Under the pieces are notes generated by a model. It was given only the letters and a program-made list of their open reading frames with translations, was not told the origin of the DNA and ran no database searches. From a virus (lineage: Duplodnaviria; Heunggongvirae; Uroviricota; Caudoviricetes), in the IMG/VR virus record IMGVR_UViG_2778261459_000009, positions 1-8,976 of that record: DNA of 8,976 nt; one strand, 5' to 3'. Position numbers and translations under genes: made by a program. Of this stretch, positions 7,987-8,976 are shown in pieces (positions within the stretch are counted from its first letter, which is position 1; the number at the start of each line of letters is the position of its first letter).

Positions 7987-8201
7987 GCAAGCACATCATC
8001 AAATATGACTATCGAGAGGGAGTTAAACTCCCTAAGCACGAGATTGAGACATGGTGCGGTCATCGGCCAGGGTCATTCGAATGGCTTTTTCAGGATGCTC
8101 AGCATGCGCTATTGAGCATTGATCAGGGAACGCTGCTTGTTCCTTGCAAGAATTGTCTGGCAGCAATCATCAAAACGGCGCAGGAGGTTAACCGTGGCTA
8201 A
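7983..8201 (+). CDS. Hypothetical small protein (72 aa) with a C-x-H ... C-x2-C arrangement, a possible zinc-binding fold
   Basis: The GTG at 7983 overlaps the upstream stop (GTGA). The translation contains ETWCGHRPG and VPCKNCL. Confidence 0.55.
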   Translation: MSKHIIKYDYREGVKLPKHEIETWCGHRPGSFEWLFQDAQHALLSIDQGTLLVPCKNCLAAIIKTAQEVNRG

Positions 8202-8478
8202 CCTGCAACTTGCCGTCAACGGTGAATACTTCGATGCCATGATTAGCGGAGAGAAAACGGAAGAGTATCGCCTGTGTAATGACTACTGGAATAAGCGAAT
8301 TATGTTCCGTGAGTATGACCGCCTGATTATCACAAAGGGATATCCGAAGCGCGACGATTCCAGCCGCAGAATTGATGTTCCGTATGACGGATATGAAATC
8401 AAGACAATCACACATCCGCACTTCGGTGATAAACCGGTAAAGGTGTTCGCGATAAAGGTGAATATAGGCAATGAATAA
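8194..8478 (+). CDS. ASCH-like (DUF3850-type) domain protein (about 94 aa)
   Basis: GTG at 8194 with an AGGAGG ribosome-binding site 6 nt upstream. The N-terminus ANLQLAVNGEYFDAMISGEKTEEYRLCND parallels the ...EYF.A..SG.KT.E.R.ND pattern of phage ASCH/DUF3850 proteins. The track ORF start at 8119 is an upstream extension through the preceding gene. Confidence 0.6.
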   Translation: MANLQLAVNGEYFDAMISGEKTEEYRLCNDYWNKRIMFREYDRLIITKGYPKRDDSSRRIDVPYDGYEIKTITHPHFGDKPVKVFAIKVNIGNE

Positions 8479-8550
8479 CAATCCTCGCACTCGCGGGGAT
8501 TTCTTTTATCTGAACTCGCTACGGCGGGTTTTATTTTATGGAGATGATAA

Positions 8551-8718
8551 ATGCACTTCCGAGTCACAGGTGAATGGAATGGAGAGCCATTCAACAGAGT
8601 TATCGAAGCAGAGAACATCAATGACTGCTATGACCACTGGATGCTATGGGCGCAGATAGCACATGCAGACATAACCAATATTCGAATTGAAGAACTGAAA
8701 GAACACCAAGCCGCCTGA
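8551..8718 (+). CDS. Small hypothetical protein (55 aa), not in the supplied track
   Basis: ATG at 8551 with a GGAG ribosome-binding site 7 nt upstream. The translation is MHFRVTGEWNGEPFNRVIEAENINDCYDHWMLWAQIAHADITNIRIEELKEHQAA. The stop sits inside the terminator hairpin that follows. I prefer this to the overlapping track ORF 8471-8659, whose translation is low-complexity. Confidence 0.45.
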   Translation: MHFRVTGEWNGEPFNRVIEAENINDCYDHWMLWAQIAHADITNIRIEELKEHQAA

Positions 8719-8731
8719 TGGCGGTTTTTTA
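8710..8731 (+). terminator. Rho-independent terminator closing the early-left gene chain
   Basis: Stem gccgcc (8710-8715) and ggcgg (8720-8724) with loop tgat, followed by tttttt at 8725-8730. Confidence 0.65.
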
Positions 8732-8775
8732 TTACCTGATTTGCAGGTTCGATTCCCTATTCGGAGATAGCACTC

Positions 8776-8976
8776 ATGCAACACGAACTACAGCCTGATT
8801 CACTGGTTGATTTGAAATTCATCATGGCCGATACTGGCTTCGGTAAAACCTTCATCTACGACCGGATTAAGTCCGGCGACCTGCCAAAAGCCAAAGTTAT
8901 CCACGGGCGAGCAAGATGGTTATATCGTGACCATTGTGAATTCAAAAATAAGCTCTTAAGCCGCGCCAATGGGTAA
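8776..8976 (+). CDS. xis: AlpA/Xis-family excisionase-like DNA-binding protein (66 aa)
   Basis: DLKFIMADTGFGKTFIYDRIKSGDLPKAKVIHGRARWLYRDHCEFKNKL has the winged-helix pattern of AlpA-type prophage excisionases. The stop codon is the last three bases of the window, which is where an integrase gene would be expected to follow. Confidence 0.7.
   Translation: MQHELQPDSLVDLKFIMADTGFGKTFIYDRIKSGDLPKAKVIHGRARWLYRDHCEFKNKLLSRANG

Noticed and set aside
8188-8621. - strand ORFs 8188-8490 and 8283-8621
   Set aside because: They are antisense to the ASCH-like gene and to the 55-aa ORF, with no ribosome-binding site and no recognisable features.
8471-8659. + strand 62-aa ORF from the track
   Set aside because: The translation is low-complexity and odd. 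The overlapping 8551-8718 frame has a better ribosome-binding site and ends at the terminator. I cannot fully exclude the 8471 frame.
8741-8757. ggttcgattcc, a tRNA T-loop-like 11-mer between the terminator and xis
   Set aside because: The flanking bases do not form a T-stem and there is no acceptor or anticodon arm context. It is most likely chance similarity, or at most a short relic, not a tRNA gene or attachment core.

Overview
This window reads as the immunity and early-left (pL operon) region of a mosaic lambdoid prophage, oriented so that the + strand runs leftward on the lambda map. From left to right: cII and cro on the - strand, with nutR between them; a three-site OR operator block with the 14-bp ACAA-N6-TTGT half-site pattern of phage 434; then on the + strand a 434-type cI repressor, a small secreted protein overlapping the cI stop (the rexAB position), three OL operators, nutL and N. 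After N comes a visibly AT-rich 289-aa gene of unknown function, then a cIII-like gene, a kil-like small ORF, an acidic 103-aa protein, a RecT-family annealing protein, a Gam/Gp157-like protein, a chain of small translationally coupled accessory genes (several with GTG starts), and an AlpA/Xis-family excisionase at the right edge; the integrase would lie beyond it. The best candidates for an undescribed function are the two lysogen-expressed cargo genes at classical exclusion hotspots: the AT-rich gene after N (2455-3324) and the secreted protein after cI (1366-1770). All identifications come from reading the translations and recalling known phage proteins and sites; no database search was run.
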